From assembly GCA_964647725.1 (NCBI GenBank), contig CAZYJI010000005.1:47190-111189 (forward strand): a stretch of 64,000 nucleotides of DNA. Direction: 5' to 3'. Below are positions 39,615 through 51,709 of this stretch, in pieces. How positions within the stretch are numbered: position 1 is the first letter of the stretch; the number at the start of each line of letters is the position of its first letter. The notes beneath the pieces are model-generated. The model was not told where the DNA came from. It saw nothing but the letters and a program-made list of their open reading frames with translations, and ran no database searches. The DNA is from an uncultured Alphaproteobacteria bacterium. GTDB lineage: Bacteria > Pseudomonadota > Alphaproteobacteria > SHNJ01. The position numbers and the translations under genes are program-made.

Positions 39615-40780
39615 GCAATTAATTTCGCAGCCAATTCGTTCAGGCAATTTCGCCCGGTTGCAGTCGCCGATAAAATTTTTCCATCGAATCTGATAAAATC
39701 CTGCGCGCGCAGAAATTCGAAATTCTTTTCATTCATAAATTGCATCATATCGGCGCCAACCACGGTTTGAAAACGATCCGTATCCAATCCTTGCAATAAC
39801 CGCAAATTCATCAATATCATTTCTTCGGCGATTATTTGTTGGTTCAGCGGTTCTTCGTGGGCCAATCCATGACCGTTTTTTTGCACGGCCGACAACCAGG
39901 CTTCGGGCGTTTTGTGATTGGCGGTTGCTATTTTCCCGGTGCTGGACGTAACGCGTCCATGCGCGCCAGGGCCGATGCCGATATAATCGTAATATTGCCA
40001 ATATACCAAATTATGCCGGCATTCATCGTGGTTCCGCGCGAAATTGGATACTTCGTAGGCGGCGAATCTGTCGCGGGACAGGCGGTTCAATGTGTAATCA
40101 TATAATGCAGCCGCATGATCGTTGCTGGGCAATTGGAAATCGCCGCGCGCATATAATGTCGCGAATGCAGTTTGCGGTTCGACGCTTAATTGGTACAGCG
40201 ATATGTGATCGCGCATCAACGTTAAAATTTCTTCCAATTCCGCGCGCCATGCGTCCAATGTCTGATCGGGGCGCGCGTAAATAATATCGAACGAATAGCG
40301 GTCGAAATATTTGGCGGCGAGTTTGATGGCTTCTTTGGCTTCGATTTTGGTATGGCTGCGGCCTAAAAATTTTAAATAATTATCGTCCAGCGCTTGAATA
40401 CCCATCGACAATCGGTTGACGCCGGCCTCGCGCAGCGCGGCGAAATTTTCGGCTTCGCTGCTGGTCGGATTGGCTTCGAGCGTGATTTCGATGGTATCGG
40501 CAAAGCCCCATAATTTTTTTGCCTCGGCAATTAATTCTGCGACCAATTCTGGCGGCATCAGCGACGGTGTGCCGCCGCCAAAAAATATACTAGTCAATTT
40601 TCCTGGATTGTGCCGCGCGGCCCAATATCGCATATCCTGTAACAAGGCATCGCCAAACGCGGCCACATCGACCCTCTCGCGCACATGCGCGTTGTAATCG
40701 CAATATGGACAGCGCGATTTGCAAAATGGCCAATGAATATACAGTCCGAACATTAATGATCCGCTTGTGTCCGTAGCCAC
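39611..40780 (-). CDS. hemW: radical SAM heme chaperone HemW (oxygen-independent coproporphyrinogen-III oxidase-like)
   Basis: 'CKSRCPYCDY' CxxxCxxC is present. The start is likely the Met at 40753. Confidence 0.88.
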   Translation of the reverse strand: MATDTSGSLMFGLYIHWPFCKSRCPYCDYNAHVRERVDVAAFGDALLQDMRYWAARHNPGKLTSIFFGGGTPSLMPPELVAELIAEAKKLWGFADTIEITLEANPTSSEAENFAALREAGVNRLSMGIQALDDNYLKFLGRSHTKIEAKEAIKLAAKYFDRYSFDIIYARPDQTLDAWRAELEEILTLMRDHISLYQLSVEPQTAFATLYARGDFQLPSNDHAAALYDYTLNRLSRDRFAAYEVSNFARNHDECRHNLVYWQYYDYIGIGPGAHGRVTSSTGKIATANHKTPEAWLSAVQKNGHGLAHEEPLNQQIIAEEMILMNLRLLQGLDTDRFQTVVGADMMQFMNEKNFEFLRAQDFIRFDGKILSATATGRNCLNELAAKLIA

Positions 40781-41343
40781 AACAATAATTGATCCAGTGC
40801 CTTTGCGCGGTGCGACAATTTATTTTTTAATTCCGGTTTCATTTCGGCAAAGGTTTGGTCGTGTCCGTCCGGTTTGAACATCGGATCGAACCCGAATCCT
40901 TGTGCGCCGCGCACCGGCCAAACCAATTCCCCCCAAACCTCGCCGCGAAAATATTTCATATCGCCATTCGGCAAACACAGCGCCAGCAAACTAACGAAAT
41001 AGGCACGGCGGTCGGTCGATGCGCCTATTTCATCATGCACGCGCCTCATCGCATTCATCCAATTTCGGGGCACACCGGCCCAATCGGCGGTGTAAACGCC
41101 GGGCGCATCCTTCAGCGCCGGAACACAAATCCCGGAATCGTCGGCCAGCGATGGCAGTCCCGTTGCCTTCATCCCCGCCACAGCCTTGATCGCGGCATTT
41201 TCTTCGAATGTCACTCCGGTTTCGGCGGGCTCGATCAAACGGTAATCGGCCGCCGATAAAATTTCGATGTTTAGCGGGGCGAGTAACGCCTTAAATTCTT
41301 GGATTTTTCCGGAATTATGCGTGGCGAGCAGCAATTGTTTCAT
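40753..41343 (-). CDS. rdgB: non-canonical purine NTP pyrophosphatase RdgB/HAM1
   Basis: 'LLATHNSGKIQEF' and 'GFGFDPMF' are present. Confidence 0.9.
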   Translation of the reverse strand: MKQLLLATHNSGKIQEFKALLAPLNIEILSAADYRLIEPAETGVTFEENAAIKAVAGMKATGLPSLADDSGICVPALKDAPGVYTADWAGVPRNWMNAMRRVHDEIGASTDRRAYFVSLLALCLPNGDMKYFRGEVWGELVWPVRGAQGFGFDPMFKPDGHDQTFAEMKPELKNKLSHRAKALDQLLLWLRTQADH

Positions 41344-41363
41344 GAAAGGATGCCCGGCCCAGA

Positions 41364-42086
41364 TTATCCAACCGCTTTGCGTTGCAATTCGATTAATTGC
41401 TGAATGCCATTGCTGGATAATTGCAATAATTTTTGCAATTCTTCCGGCGCGAATGGCGCGCCTTCGGCGGTGCCTTGCACTTCGACGATTTTCCCCGATG
41501 CGGTCATGACAAAATTCGCATCGACCTCGGCGGTCGAATCCTCGTTATAATCCAGGTCCAGCATCGGCGTGCCTTTGATAATGCCGCTTGATATCGCCGC
41601 GACTTCCTCGCGGATCGGCCATCTGGAAATAAGGCCGGTTTTTTTCAAACCGTTTAACGCAAGGTGCAAAGCCACATATCCGCCGGTGATTGAAGCGGTG
41701 CGCGTGCCGCCATCGGCTTGGATCACGTCGCAATCGATCTTGATTTGTTTTTCGCCCAAAATAGAAAGATCGATCACTGATCGTAATGCGCGACCGATCA
41801 GCCGTTGAATTTCCTGGGTGCGCCCGGATTGTTTGCCCTTGGCCGCTTCGCGGTCCATCCGTTCATGCGTCGATCGTGGCAACATGCCGTATTCAGCCGT
41901 GACCCAACCTTTGCCGGTATTGCGCAACCAGGGCGGCACGGATGTATCGATGCTGGCGGTGCATAGCACATGCGTATCGCCGAATTTGACCAAACACGAT
42001 CCTTCGGCATGTTTGCTAAATCCTGGGATTAATTCGATTTTTCGCAACTGATCGGATTTGCGGGCATGGGAGCGGGTCGTTGACAT
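41364..42086 (-). CDS. rph: ribonuclease PH
   Basis: RNase PH core '[10 protein letters not shown]...[15 protein letters not shown]' is present; length is 240 aa. Confidence 0.92.
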   Translation of the reverse strand: MSTTRSHARKSDQLRKIELIPGFSKHAEGSCLVKFGDTHVLCTASIDTSVPPWLRNTGKGWVTAEYGMLPRSTHERMDREAAKGKQSGRTQEIQRLIGRALRSVIDLSILGEKQIKIDCDVIQADGGTRTASITGGYVALHLALNGLKKTGLISRWPIREEVAAISSGIIKGTPMLDLDYNEDSTAEVDANFVMTASGKIVEVQGTAEGAPFAPEELQKLLQLSSNGIQQLIELQRKAVG

Positions 42087-42202
42087 TAAAGAAACATCCT
42101 ATATAGTGTTCACCAGCCTCTCCCTTAACTGCTTTACGGCGTACAGTCAATCGGAGAGAAAATGCAAGAAATCCGATTGCGGATATAGACTCTGGAGCAA
42201 AT

Positions 42203-42655
42203 GTGATGGCCGAAGCGAACAAAAATTCTAAATCCAATTTCTGGACCCCAGAAAAACTGCTCAGCGCGTATGCGCTTGCCGGTGCGGCGATTGCCACAAC
42301 CATATTCTTCGTTGGATCTGCGCCTATACTGGTTGGTTTCGCCGCCGCTTGGTTTGGCGGCGCGCTGGTTCCCGCGGCGATCGGCGCCATTATGGGGTAC
42401 GCCGTCAATTGCATCAAATCGCCCACGGACCGCGATGAAATAGGCAGTTCGTACGAAGTCGACCGGATTCAAGATCGCCGCGTGATTTGCAGCCTGGCTA
42501 TCGGTTGGGCAGTCGGCATAGCCGCCGGAATTGGCGGCGGCGCATGGTATCAGAACGCGCATTCCAAAAACGATTCCAAGGCCAGTGGCGCCATAACCGC
42601 GCCCGATCCCACGCTGGCCAAACTGCGCGAAACCGCGAATCGGCAAAGATGCTAA
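42203..42655 (+). CDS. glycine-zipper small membrane protein (paralog family with 45490-46319)
   Basis: GxxxG-rich TM helices 'AIGAIMGYAVN' and 'GIAAGIGGGAWY' are present. Confidence 0.45.
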   Translation: MMAEANKNSKSNFWTPEKLLSAYALAGAAIATTIFFVGSAPILVGFAAAWFGGALVPAAIGAIMGYAVNCIKSPTDRDEIGSSYEVDRIQDRRVICSLAIGWAVGIAAGIGGGAWYQNAHSKNDSKASGAITAPDPTLAKLRETANRQRC

Positions 42656-42737
42656 TCGTTACAGTGTTTTAAAATCCATCATCACAGCTTGCATATGTTA
42701 ATAAATAAGAGCACCATTCGAAAATGAAAGTGAATCG

Positions 42738-43370
42738 ATGAAATCCGCGTCTATGGAAATTTATAATGACGGCGACAATTTCCTACGCGTGCCGCCGGAA
42801 ACATCCACGTGCGCGGTTTCTTGCATGAGGGCGGCTATGTTTTTAAGTGTCGGCCTATGCAAAACCTTGAAACATTGTTTGTTTTGGGTTTTGGCGGAGA
42901 CGATCGCATGCATGCCAATCGCGGCGGCGTATTTTTATGGCGGATTAAGCGCGGGTTCCATGAACAGGTTTATAAAACTTTCTTTTCATGCTTTCTTTTG
43001 CGCCGCTTATGCCGGCGCCGCGACTATATTGGCGCATCATATTTTTCATGCTGTCAGATCATTATACACGGGTCGCGCGGCTAGCGACTTTCCAGTGTCG
43101 GATTCGGAAAGCGTGATTGCAAAACAAAACGCGCCCGACCGGGTGCGCGTGTCGCGACTTTTGCTGGCGGCGGCAGGCTTGGCGGGCATCGCGGCGGCCT
43201 GCTCTCCTCCCATGCGGTTTTTTCAGCGCCCATTGCCGGCTCCGCGCGAATATCAGGAAGAACTGGAGCCATCAAGCCTGCCCTTCAGACATGGCGTAGC
43301 GCCGCAGACGGAAATATCCACCCTTGCGCGCACAGCGCTAAAAAATAGCCGCGTTGTCGGGCGAGTGTAA
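42738..43370 (+). CDS. hypothetical multi-TM membrane protein
   Basis: ORF with 4-5 hydrophobic segments, between rph and hrcA. Confidence 0.4.
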   Translation: MKSASMEIYNDGDNFLRVPPETSTCAVSCMRAAMFLSVGLCKTLKHCLFWVLAETIACMPIAAAYFYGGLSAGSMNRFIKLSFHAFFCAAYAGAATILAHHIFHAVRSLYTGRAASDFPVSDSESVIAKQNAPDRVRVSRLLLAAAGLAGIAAACSPPMRFFQRPLPAPREYQEELEPSSLPFRHGVAPQTEISTLARTALKNSRVVGRV

Positions 43371-43409
43371 GAGCTTGCATAAAGACGTTGCTGTTTCTAT
43401 ATTTCCATC

Positions 43410-44489
43410 ATGATTCCGGAATTATCCGACCGCACCCGCGATATTTTTCGCCGCATCGTCGATTTGCATTTGCAAACCGGCGAGCCCATCGGCTCGGCTT
43501 TGATCGCCGGATTGCCGGGAATCAACCTGTCTTCTGCGTCGATTCGCAGCGTGATGGCCGATTTGGAAAAATCGGGCCTGTTATACGCGCCGCATAAATC
43601 GGCCGGGCGCTTACCGACGGAACTGGGATTAAAACATTACGTCAATGGCATTTTGGAAATCGGCAATTTATCGACCGAAGAACAGGCGCGCATCAAAATC
43701 CAATGCCAAAGCAAAGGCAAAAGTTTACAGCAAATGCTGACCGATGCGACATCGGCCCTATCCGGTCTGTCGCGTTGCGCCGGTATTGTCGCGGTGCCCA
43801 AGGGCGATAGTTTATTGAAACATGTGGAATTTGTCGCGTTATCGCCGGGGCGCGCGTTGGTAGTTTTGGTATTTGAAAACGGCCAGATTGAAAACCGCAT
43901 GATCGATTTGCCGCTGGGATTGCCGCCATCGTCTTTGATCGAGGCTGGCAATTATCTCAGTTACCATTTGGTTGGAAAATCGGTCGAAGAGGCGCGGCAT
44001 TTATTGCGCGAAGAAATGCGCGCATATAAAGCCGAACTCGATCAATTGACCGCCAAGGTGGTCGAGGCGGGATTAGTCAGTTATATCAATCCGGTCGCGA
44101 CTGGCGATCAAGTCTTGGTGGTGCGCGGCCAGGCCAATTTACTCGACCAAGTGACCGAGGTCGAAGATTTATCAAAAATCCGCCATTTGATGCAGGTACT
44201 GGAATCGCGCGACGCTTATGTTAAATTATTGGATGCGGCGGCAGGCGCGGATGGGATGCAAATTTTCATCGGCGCGGATAACGAATTATTCGCCCTTTCG
44301 GGATGTTCCCTGATTGCCGCGCCATTCCGCGACCAAAACCGCAAAGTGGTCGGCACGATCGGCATTATTGGCCCAACCCGGATGAATTACGGGCGGATTA
44401 TCCCGATGGTGGACTATACCGCCAAAGTCATTTCAACTATGTTAGAACAGAATATAATCGAGCAAGAGGTTAAACATGCAAAAATCTGA
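43410..44489 (+). CDS. hrcA: heat-inducible transcription repressor HrcA
   Basis: N-terminal wHTH 'RDIFRRIVDLHLQTGEPIGS' is present; length is 359 aa. It overlaps grpE. Confidence 0.9.
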   Translation: MIPELSDRTRDIFRRIVDLHLQTGEPIGSALIAGLPGINLSSASIRSVMADLEKSGLLYAPHKSAGRLPTELGLKHYVNGILEIGNLSTEEQARIKIQCQSKGKSLQQMLTDATSALSGLSRCAGIVAVPKGDSLLKHVEFVALSPGRALVVLVFENGQIENRMIDLPLGLPPSSLIEAGNYLSYHLVGKSVEEARHLLREEMRAYKAELDQLTAKVVEAGLVSYINPVATGDQVLVVRGQANLLDQVTEVEDLSKIRHLMQVLESRDAYVKLLDAAAGADGMQIFIGADNELFALSGCSLIAAPFRDQNRKVVGTIGIIGPTRMNYGRIIPMVDYTAKVISTMLEQNIIEQEVKHAKI

Positions 44490-45075
44490 CGCCGCGAAAA
44501 AAGAAGAAAATCCAAATGAAAACGGCGAACCCGCAAATAATGTGTCGGAATTGAAAATCGACGGCGGCGATACGCAGAAATTGCAGGCGGAAATCGGCGC
44601 GCTCAAAGACCAATTGTTGCGGCAAATGGCCGATGCCGAAAATTTGCGCAAACGCATGGAAAAAGACAAAGAAGACGGCATGAAATACGCCGCCGCCTCG
44701 TTCGCGCGCGATTTATTGAATGTGTCGGATAATTTGCGCCGCACGCTCGATGCCGCATCGAAAGAAGATACATCGAACCCGGCGGTGAAAAATATGCTGA
44801 CCGGTGTTGAAATTACGGAAAAAGAATTATTGGGCGCTTTTGAAAAACACGGCATTAAAAAAATCGAACCGAAGATCGGCGAAACGTTCGATTACAATAA
44901 ACATCAAGCCATGTTCGAGGTTGAAACCGCCGATAAACCGGCCGGAATTATTATGCAGATATTGCAGGCCGGTTATATGATTCACGATCGTTTGCTGCGC
45001 CCGGCCTTGGTCGGCGTATCCAAAGCCGTAAGCGGCCCGCCGGCTGATACCGCCAAGGTGGATGTGCAGGCCTAA
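44476..45075 (+). CDS. grpE: nucleotide exchange factor GrpE
   Basis: A coiled-coil region and the GrpE C-terminal domain are present. Confidence 0.9.
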   Translation: MQKSDAAKKEENPNENGEPANNVSELKIDGGDTQKLQAEIGALKDQLLRQMADAENLRKRMEKDKEDGMKYAAASFARDLLNVSDNLRRTLDAASKEDTSNPAVKNMLTGVEITEKELLGAFEKHGIKKIEPKIGETFDYNKHQAMFEVETADKPAGIIMQILQAGYMIHDRLLRPALVGVSKAVSGPPADTAKVDVQA

Positions 45076-45108
45076 GGCGCTGCTGTAATAATTGATGGTG
45101 AATCGGGA

Positions 45109-45486
45109 TTATCTGTGCCTGCGGCGTAAACACGCAATTCCGGCAACGATGGGGGCAATAACCCCATGTGTAATGATGACGGGGGTTATGGCATTGCTGA
45201 TAGAATCGATGGGGCGGTATGCTTTGCCTTCTTCGTATCGTATATTGGCAAATACACCGGGCTGCAATTGGTCTTTGAACCCCGGTTTTTTATCGGCGCG
45301 ATTTTGAAAATCGCCATACACAATCAATTCCCCAACGCGCCATACTGACATGCGGGCATTAAAACCGCTCCATGTCATGGTTAGGGCCACAATAAACGCA
45401 GCAGTATTCAGGTACCTGCTTTTCCAGCGCCGCCGGATTTCGGTAACCCATCGGCTGGATTTTTTATTTTTTCCAGAACTGGACAC
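45109..45486 (-). CDS. small hypothetical membrane protein (125 aa, basic N-terminus, C-terminal TM)
   Basis: Last gene of a four-gene minus-strand operon. Confidence 0.4.
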   Translation of the reverse strand: MSSSGKNKKSSRWVTEIRRRWKSRYLNTAAFIVALTMTWSGFNARMSVWRVGELIVYGDFQNRADKKPGFKDQLQPGVFANIRYEEGKAYRPIDSISNAITPVIITHGVIAPIVAGIACLRRRHR

Positions 45487-45489
45487 GGA

Positions 45490-45906
45490 TTATCTTTCAC
45501 CGCGTTCTATAATTGTTTTACCGATAATTGCGGATGTGGGGGCTTTTGCTGTTTTAGTCGGGGTCAGATTCCGGTCGACAAAAGGAATTTGGCGCATGGC
45601 TTGCCCGCCACCAATAAAAACGCCCATAGTTGCTATTGTAAGAGCAGTGCCCATAGCATAGGCTTTTCTACGGGACGCGGGAGAATCATCTAAACTACCA
45701 CATCTGTTATCATACCATTGATAGAGGCCAACCCCAACAATGCTGGCCGGAAAAATAGCGCCAGCACAGCAGGCCGCCGTTGCTAACGCCATATAAAATT
45801 CCATACTAGCTAATGCAATTACACCGCCAATAACAGTGCCCAAACCAATCGCCACTACCGCGCCGACCAGCACAAAGGCTTTTGCTGTTTCTAAAAAGTT
45901 GTTCAT
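45490..45906 (-). CDS. glycine-zipper small membrane protein (paralog)
   Basis: 'VGAVVAIGLGTVIGGVIALA', 'ALATAACCAGAIF...GLY' and 'MGVFIGGGQAM' are present. Confidence 0.45.
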   Translation of the reverse strand: MNNFLETAKAFVLVGAVVAIGLGTVIGGVIALASMEFYMALATAACCAGAIFPASIVGVGLYQWYDNRCGSLDDSPASRRKAYAMGTALTIATMGVFIGGGQAMRQIPFVDRNLTPTKTAKAPTSAIIGKTIIERGER

Positions 45907-46319
45907 TTTATTTTCCTATATTGATCGCGTTTTATGGCTGGCCAGGGCAACCAACGAAGATTGTAAAGATGGTGCCGATATTGTTTGTGATGTTTTTGTT
46001 GGTTCTGGGATTTTTCCACTATTTTGGAAGCAGTCCGCGCGCCCAGAAAAATGCCTGCTGCCGCAAAAACAGCGACGGTTTTTCCATTGCCGGGAATCGG
46101 TTTGCGGTCGCCGCGAAAAATCAACTTGGGGAAAAAAGCTCCGGTCAATCCATATATTACAATACAGGCCGCGTAGATGGCGGAATTTGCCGCGTAACCC
46201 AGTGTTGCCAATAATCCAGCCGTGGCAATGGATGCGATGCCGCCTATTAACACAGCGCCTGCAATCGCGCCTAAAATAATTTTTTGTTTTGTTCCCATGG
46301 AAACTGTCCTTGTTGCCAT
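45903..46319 (-). CDS. glycine-zipper small membrane protein (paralog)
   Basis: 'LGAIAGAVLIGGIASIATAGLLATLGYAANSAIYAACIV' is similar to 45490-45906 and 42203-42655. Confidence 0.45.
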   Translation of the reverse strand: MATRTVSMGTKQKIILGAIAGAVLIGGIASIATAGLLATLGYAANSAIYAACIVIYGLTGAFFPKLIFRGDRKPIPGNGKTVAVFAAAGIFLGARTASKIVEKSQNQQKHHKQYRHHLYNLRWLPWPAIKRDQYRKIK

Positions 46320-46342
46320 TTCTTTTCTCCTTTAATTATTTT

Positions 46343-46822
46343 TTACGCGGCGCGGCAATATCCTAAAATCCGCAATGCCACCGCTGGTAAATCTCTGGCC
46401 GGTAAACCTAACTTTGTATAAAGTCCGATGTTGCGGCCGCTGGTGCTAAGACCTAATTCCGCGAACACGGATTGTGTGATCACGCTATTCTCGCCGCCTT
46501 CCAGGAAGGATCCGTGATTGGTCAAAATAATCAAACCGGTTTTTTCTTGTTTCAACCGGTCCCTTAAAGACGCCAACAGGAAAAATCCATTCGCGCGCCC
46601 GAATCTTTCTTGGGCTCCTGGGCTCACCATACCGTCGGGCGACATGCCAAGATCCAAAACCACCAAATCGAATTTAAGGTCGCTATTCAATGCGGTATGC
46701 GCTTCTGGTAAATCGCGGTAAAAAATCACTTCAGCGCCGGCGCGCTCAAGATTTTCTCGCTGCAGCCGGGTGCGATAAGCCTCATCGTCGATAAACGCGA
46801 TCCGTTTGCCCTTTAAGTTCAT
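46343..46822 (-). CDS. single-domain response-regulator receiver (REC)-like protein, orphan
   Basis: 'RIAFIDDE' acidic pocket, 'LVVLDLGM' (phospho-Asp position), 'IILTNH' and a Lys near 'YTKLG' are present. Confidence 0.5.
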   Translation of the reverse strand: MNLKGKRIAFIDDEAYRTRLQRENLERAGAEVIFYRDLPEAHTALNSDLKFDLVVLDLGMSPDGMVSPGAQERFGRANGFFLLASLRDRLKQEKTGLIILTNHGSFLEGGENSVITQSVFAELGLSTSGRNIGLYTKLGLPARDLPAVALRILGYCRAA

Positions 46823-46898
46823 TTCGATCCCCTCGGGTAATATTATTTCTTATACGGATATATTTATAAAGAATCGGACGAAAATGTCAATTTTATCC

Positions 46899-46927
46899 CG
46901 GGCGCTCCCTTGAATCCCAAAATGCGC
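46899..46927 (+). promoter_or_regulatory. RpoH (sigma-32)-type promoter upstream of dnaK
   Basis: CTTG-N18-CTTATAT matches the alphaproteobacterial RpoH consensus CTTG-N17/18-CYTATNT. It lies about 70 nt upstream of the dnaK ATG. Confidence 0.45.
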
Positions 46928-46997
46928 TTTCTTATATGCATAAAAGACCTTATAGAGAATCTAACCAATTGAAAGCATTATAATTAAGGAGTGATTT

Positions 46998-48897
<1,900 letters not shown>

Positions 48898-48917
48898 GCC
48901 AGAGTAGACGGTTTTAA

Positions 48918-50045
48918 ATGTCGAAACGGGATTATTACGAATTGCTGGAAATCGAGCGCACCGCGGACGGTGCTTCGATCAAATCCGCATTCCGTAAAAA
49001 GGCGATGGAATGCCATCCCGACCGTCACCCGGGCGACAAAGCGGCCGAAGCCAAATTCAAGGAACTGAACGAAGCGTACCAAGTTTTATCCGACGATCAA
49101 AAACGCGCGGCGTACGACCGGTATGGTCATAGCGCGTTCGAACAAGGCGGATTCGGCGGCGCTGGCGGGTTCGGCGATTTCTCATTCACGTCTTCGTTCG
49201 CCGATATTTTCGAAGAAATGTTCGGCGATTTCATGGGCGGCCGCCAACGCGGTTCCACCGGCCGCGGCGCCGATTTGCGATATAATATGGAATTAAGCTT
49301 AGAAGATGCGTTTAACGGCAAGGACACACAAATCCGCGTGCCTGGATCCGCGACTTGCGGCGATTGCAAGGGCGCGGGTTCTGCCGATGGATCCGCCCCA
49401 ACCGCATGTAATTACTGTCATGGCAGCGGCAAGGTGCGATCCAATCAAGGATTTTTTATGGTGGAGCGGACTTGCAGCGCCTGTAATGGCCAGGGACAAG
49501 TCATCGCCAAACCTTGTAAAACTTGTTCCGGCGCTGGCCGCGTGCGTAAAGAAAAAACTTTGTCGGTCAATATTCCAGCTGGCGTTGAGGATGGCACCAG
49601 GATTCGTTTGGCGGGCGAGGGCGAACCCGGCATGCGCGGCGGCAATCCGGGCGATTTATATATTTTCCTCGCCGTACAACCGCACCGTTTTTTCAAACGC
49701 GACGGCGCAAATTTATTTGCATCGATCCCAATCCCCATGACCACAGCGGCCTTGGGCGGGCAAGTGGAAATTCCAACCATCGACGGCAAAGTGCAAAAAT
49801 TACAGATTCCCGCCGGCGCACAATTCGGCCAGCAATTTCGCCTGAAAGGCCAGGGGATGAATATCATGCGCGCGAAATCGCGTGGCGATATGTTCGTCGA
49901 TCTGCGTATCGAAACGCCAGTGCATTTAAATAAAAAACAACAGCAATTATTAAAAGAATTGCAAGACTCGCTCGGCGATAAATCCACCCCGGAATCCAGC
50001 GGATTTTTCGATAAAATCCGCGAATTCACCGGCGGGGAAAATTGA
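48918..50045 (+). CDS. dnaJ: molecular chaperone DnaJ
   Basis: J-domain with 'HPDRHPGD', a G/F-rich region and four CxxCxGxG zinc-finger repeats are present. Confidence 0.95.
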   Translation: MSKRDYYELLEIERTADGASIKSAFRKKAMECHPDRHPGDKAAEAKFKELNEAYQVLSDDQKRAAYDRYGHSAFEQGGFGGAGGFGDFSFTSSFADIFEEMFGDFMGGRQRGSTGRGADLRYNMELSLEDAFNGKDTQIRVPGSATCGDCKGAGSADGSAPTACNYCHGSGKVRSNQGFFMVERTCSACNGQGQVIAKPCKTCSGAGRVRKEKTLSVNIPAGVEDGTRIRLAGEGEPGMRGGNPGDLYIFLAVQPHRFFKRDGANLFASIPIPMTTAALGGQVEIPTIDGKVQKLQIPAGAQFGQQFRLKGQGMNIMRAKSRGDMFVDLRIETPVHLNKKQQQLLKELQDSLGDKSTPESSGFFDKIREFTGGEN

Positions 50046-50049
50046 TCTT

Positions 50050-50835
50050 TTACCGATGAACTATCATTTGATTGTTTCGAAAATCCACCCGCGCAATCAC
50101 GCCCCGGTCCAGCGCCTGTTGCGGCGATTCTAGCCCCAATACCTGGACGCCAAATTTTACCCCATTGCACCATTGCAATCCGCGCCGCTTTTTTTCCGCC
50201 AAACTGGGGTCCGATGGATCGATCGCGGTCATTTCCGCTTCGTAACGTTGCAGGTGATAAAAACATGCTTCCGGCGGACTTGCGCCGAATATATAGGAAA
50301 CGCCGCGGTAAAATTCGTGCCGATCCATTCCGATTTTTTGAGCGGGGATGATGAAGGACAATTCGCTGCGTAGCAACCAGTGATCCGCCCTTCTTAGAAT
50401 AAATCGTATATTTGCCCCTTCCTCGCCCCAAGACGGTGCGTTATTTTCTGTGCCAAAATCGACAATAATCCGCTCGCCGATCAGACGGTCGATCATCGGG
50501 AAAAATCCCGGCAGGTCGGCGGCGAACAGGTTGGACGATGAAGGGGTTTTCGGCCGCGCAAAAGGTTCTAAAAAATAGGCCGCGACACTGATGGCCCTCG
50601 CAAACAAAGAATCGGGCGGTTTAGGTTTACGCGGCGTCAACGGCTGGCTCATAAAGGCAATCAGGGTTGCGACAATTTTGTGTTCTGGCGACAAAAACGT
50701 TCTCGCTATTTCCTCCGTCAGGGAATTTTTAAACCATACTGGAATCGGCGCTTTTTCGGGACTCGCAAGCAAGTCCCACAAAATTTGCCCAGCCGACTCT
50801 GCGATATTGGTGGGAGGATTTTTCATCGGGAGCAT
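50050..50835 (-). CDS. hypothetical protein (about 258 aa)
   Basis: Long ORF convergent with dnaJ; no motif recognised. Confidence 0.45.
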   Translation of the reverse strand: MLPMKNPPTNIAESAGQILWDLLASPEKAPIPVWFKNSLTEEIARTFLSPEHKIVATLIAFMSQPLTPRKPKPPDSLFARAISVAAYFLEPFARPKTPSSSNLFAADLPGFFPMIDRLIGERIIVDFGTENNAPSWGEEGANIRFILRRADHWLLRSELSFIIPAQKIGMDRHEFYRGVSYIFGASPPEACFYHLQRYEAEMTAIDPSDPSLAEKKRRGLQWCNGVKFGVQVLGLESPQQALDRGVIARVDFRNNQMIVHR

Positions 50836-50947
50836 AAATTTATCGGTTAAAGCCCATTGTTATATGTTTCTTTAAAATACATGGCCTCTAAAGCTTGTGC
50901 AATCTATATTTGCTCGTCAATAAACCGTTGCATTTCCGGGTTTTTCT

Positions 50948-51709
50948 TTGCATGGTATGCGCATGAAACCAATTTCCATCTGTGTGATCGGCCCGAATGG
51001 GCGTATGGGCAAGCAAATTATAGCCGCCATGCAAAACGATGCGCGCTTTGCGCTCGCCGGTACGGTATCGCGCGCCAGTCTTGCGAATGACAAACAAAAT
51101 ATATCGAAGGCCGATTTAGTGATCGAATTCACCCGCGCTGAATCAACGGCTGATTGGGCAAAATTATGCGCCGAATATAAAAAACCGCTCGTCTCCGGCA
51201 CGACTGGATTGAACGATACGCAATTCGCGTCCCTGAAAGAAGTCGCGAAAACCATTCCGATTTTTCATGCGAATAATATGAGCAAGGGCGTATTCGTGGC
51301 CCAGCAATTAGTTGCGCAAGCGGCGAGATTATTGAACGCGGATTATGCGGTCGAAATCGTTGAAACACATCATTCCAAAAAAGTCGATGCGCCGTCAGGC
51401 ACCGCGTTGAATTTGGCCAAGGCGGCGGCGGATGCGAGGGGCCTCGATAAAAGCAAATATATTTATGGCCGCGAAGGCCAAACCGGCGTACGGCCAGCCG
51501 ACCAAATCGCGATCCACACATTGCGCGGTGGCGACGTGATCGGCGAACACCAAGTTTATTTTTTAGGAAATCAAGAACGGCTGGAAATCACCCACCGTGC
51601 CCTGAACCGCGATTTGTTTGCGGGCGGAGCGTTGGATGCGGCCGCTTGGCTTTTGCAACAAAAGCCGGGCCTTTATGGCATGGCGGATTTTTTATCCATC
51701 CGTTCTTAG
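50948..51709 (+). CDS. dapB: 4-hydroxy-tetrahydrodipicolinate reductase
   Basis: 'ISICVIGPNGRMG' Rossmann motif and 'HHSKKVDAPSGTA' are present. Confidence 0.9.
   Translation: MHGMRMKPISICVIGPNGRMGKQIIAAMQNDARFALAGTVSRASLANDKQNISKADLVIEFTRAESTADWAKLCAEYKKPLVSGTTGLNDTQFASLKEVAKTIPIFHANNMSKGVFVAQQLVAQAARLLNADYAVEIVETHHSKKVDAPSGTALNLAKAAADARGLDKSKYIYGREGQTGVRPADQIAIHTLRGGDVIGEHQVYFLGNQERLEITHRALNRDLFAGGALDAAAWLLQQKPGLYGMADFLSIRS

Noticed and set aside
43300-43410. CIRCE operator (TTAGCACTC-N9-GAGTGCTAA) upstream of hrcA or dnaK
   Set aside because: This was searched for in both upstream regions and not found. The GAGTGT...ACACTC inverted repeat at about 24704-24745 has a 26-nt spacer and sits in the rho/PPDK-RP gap, so it does not match CIRCE.
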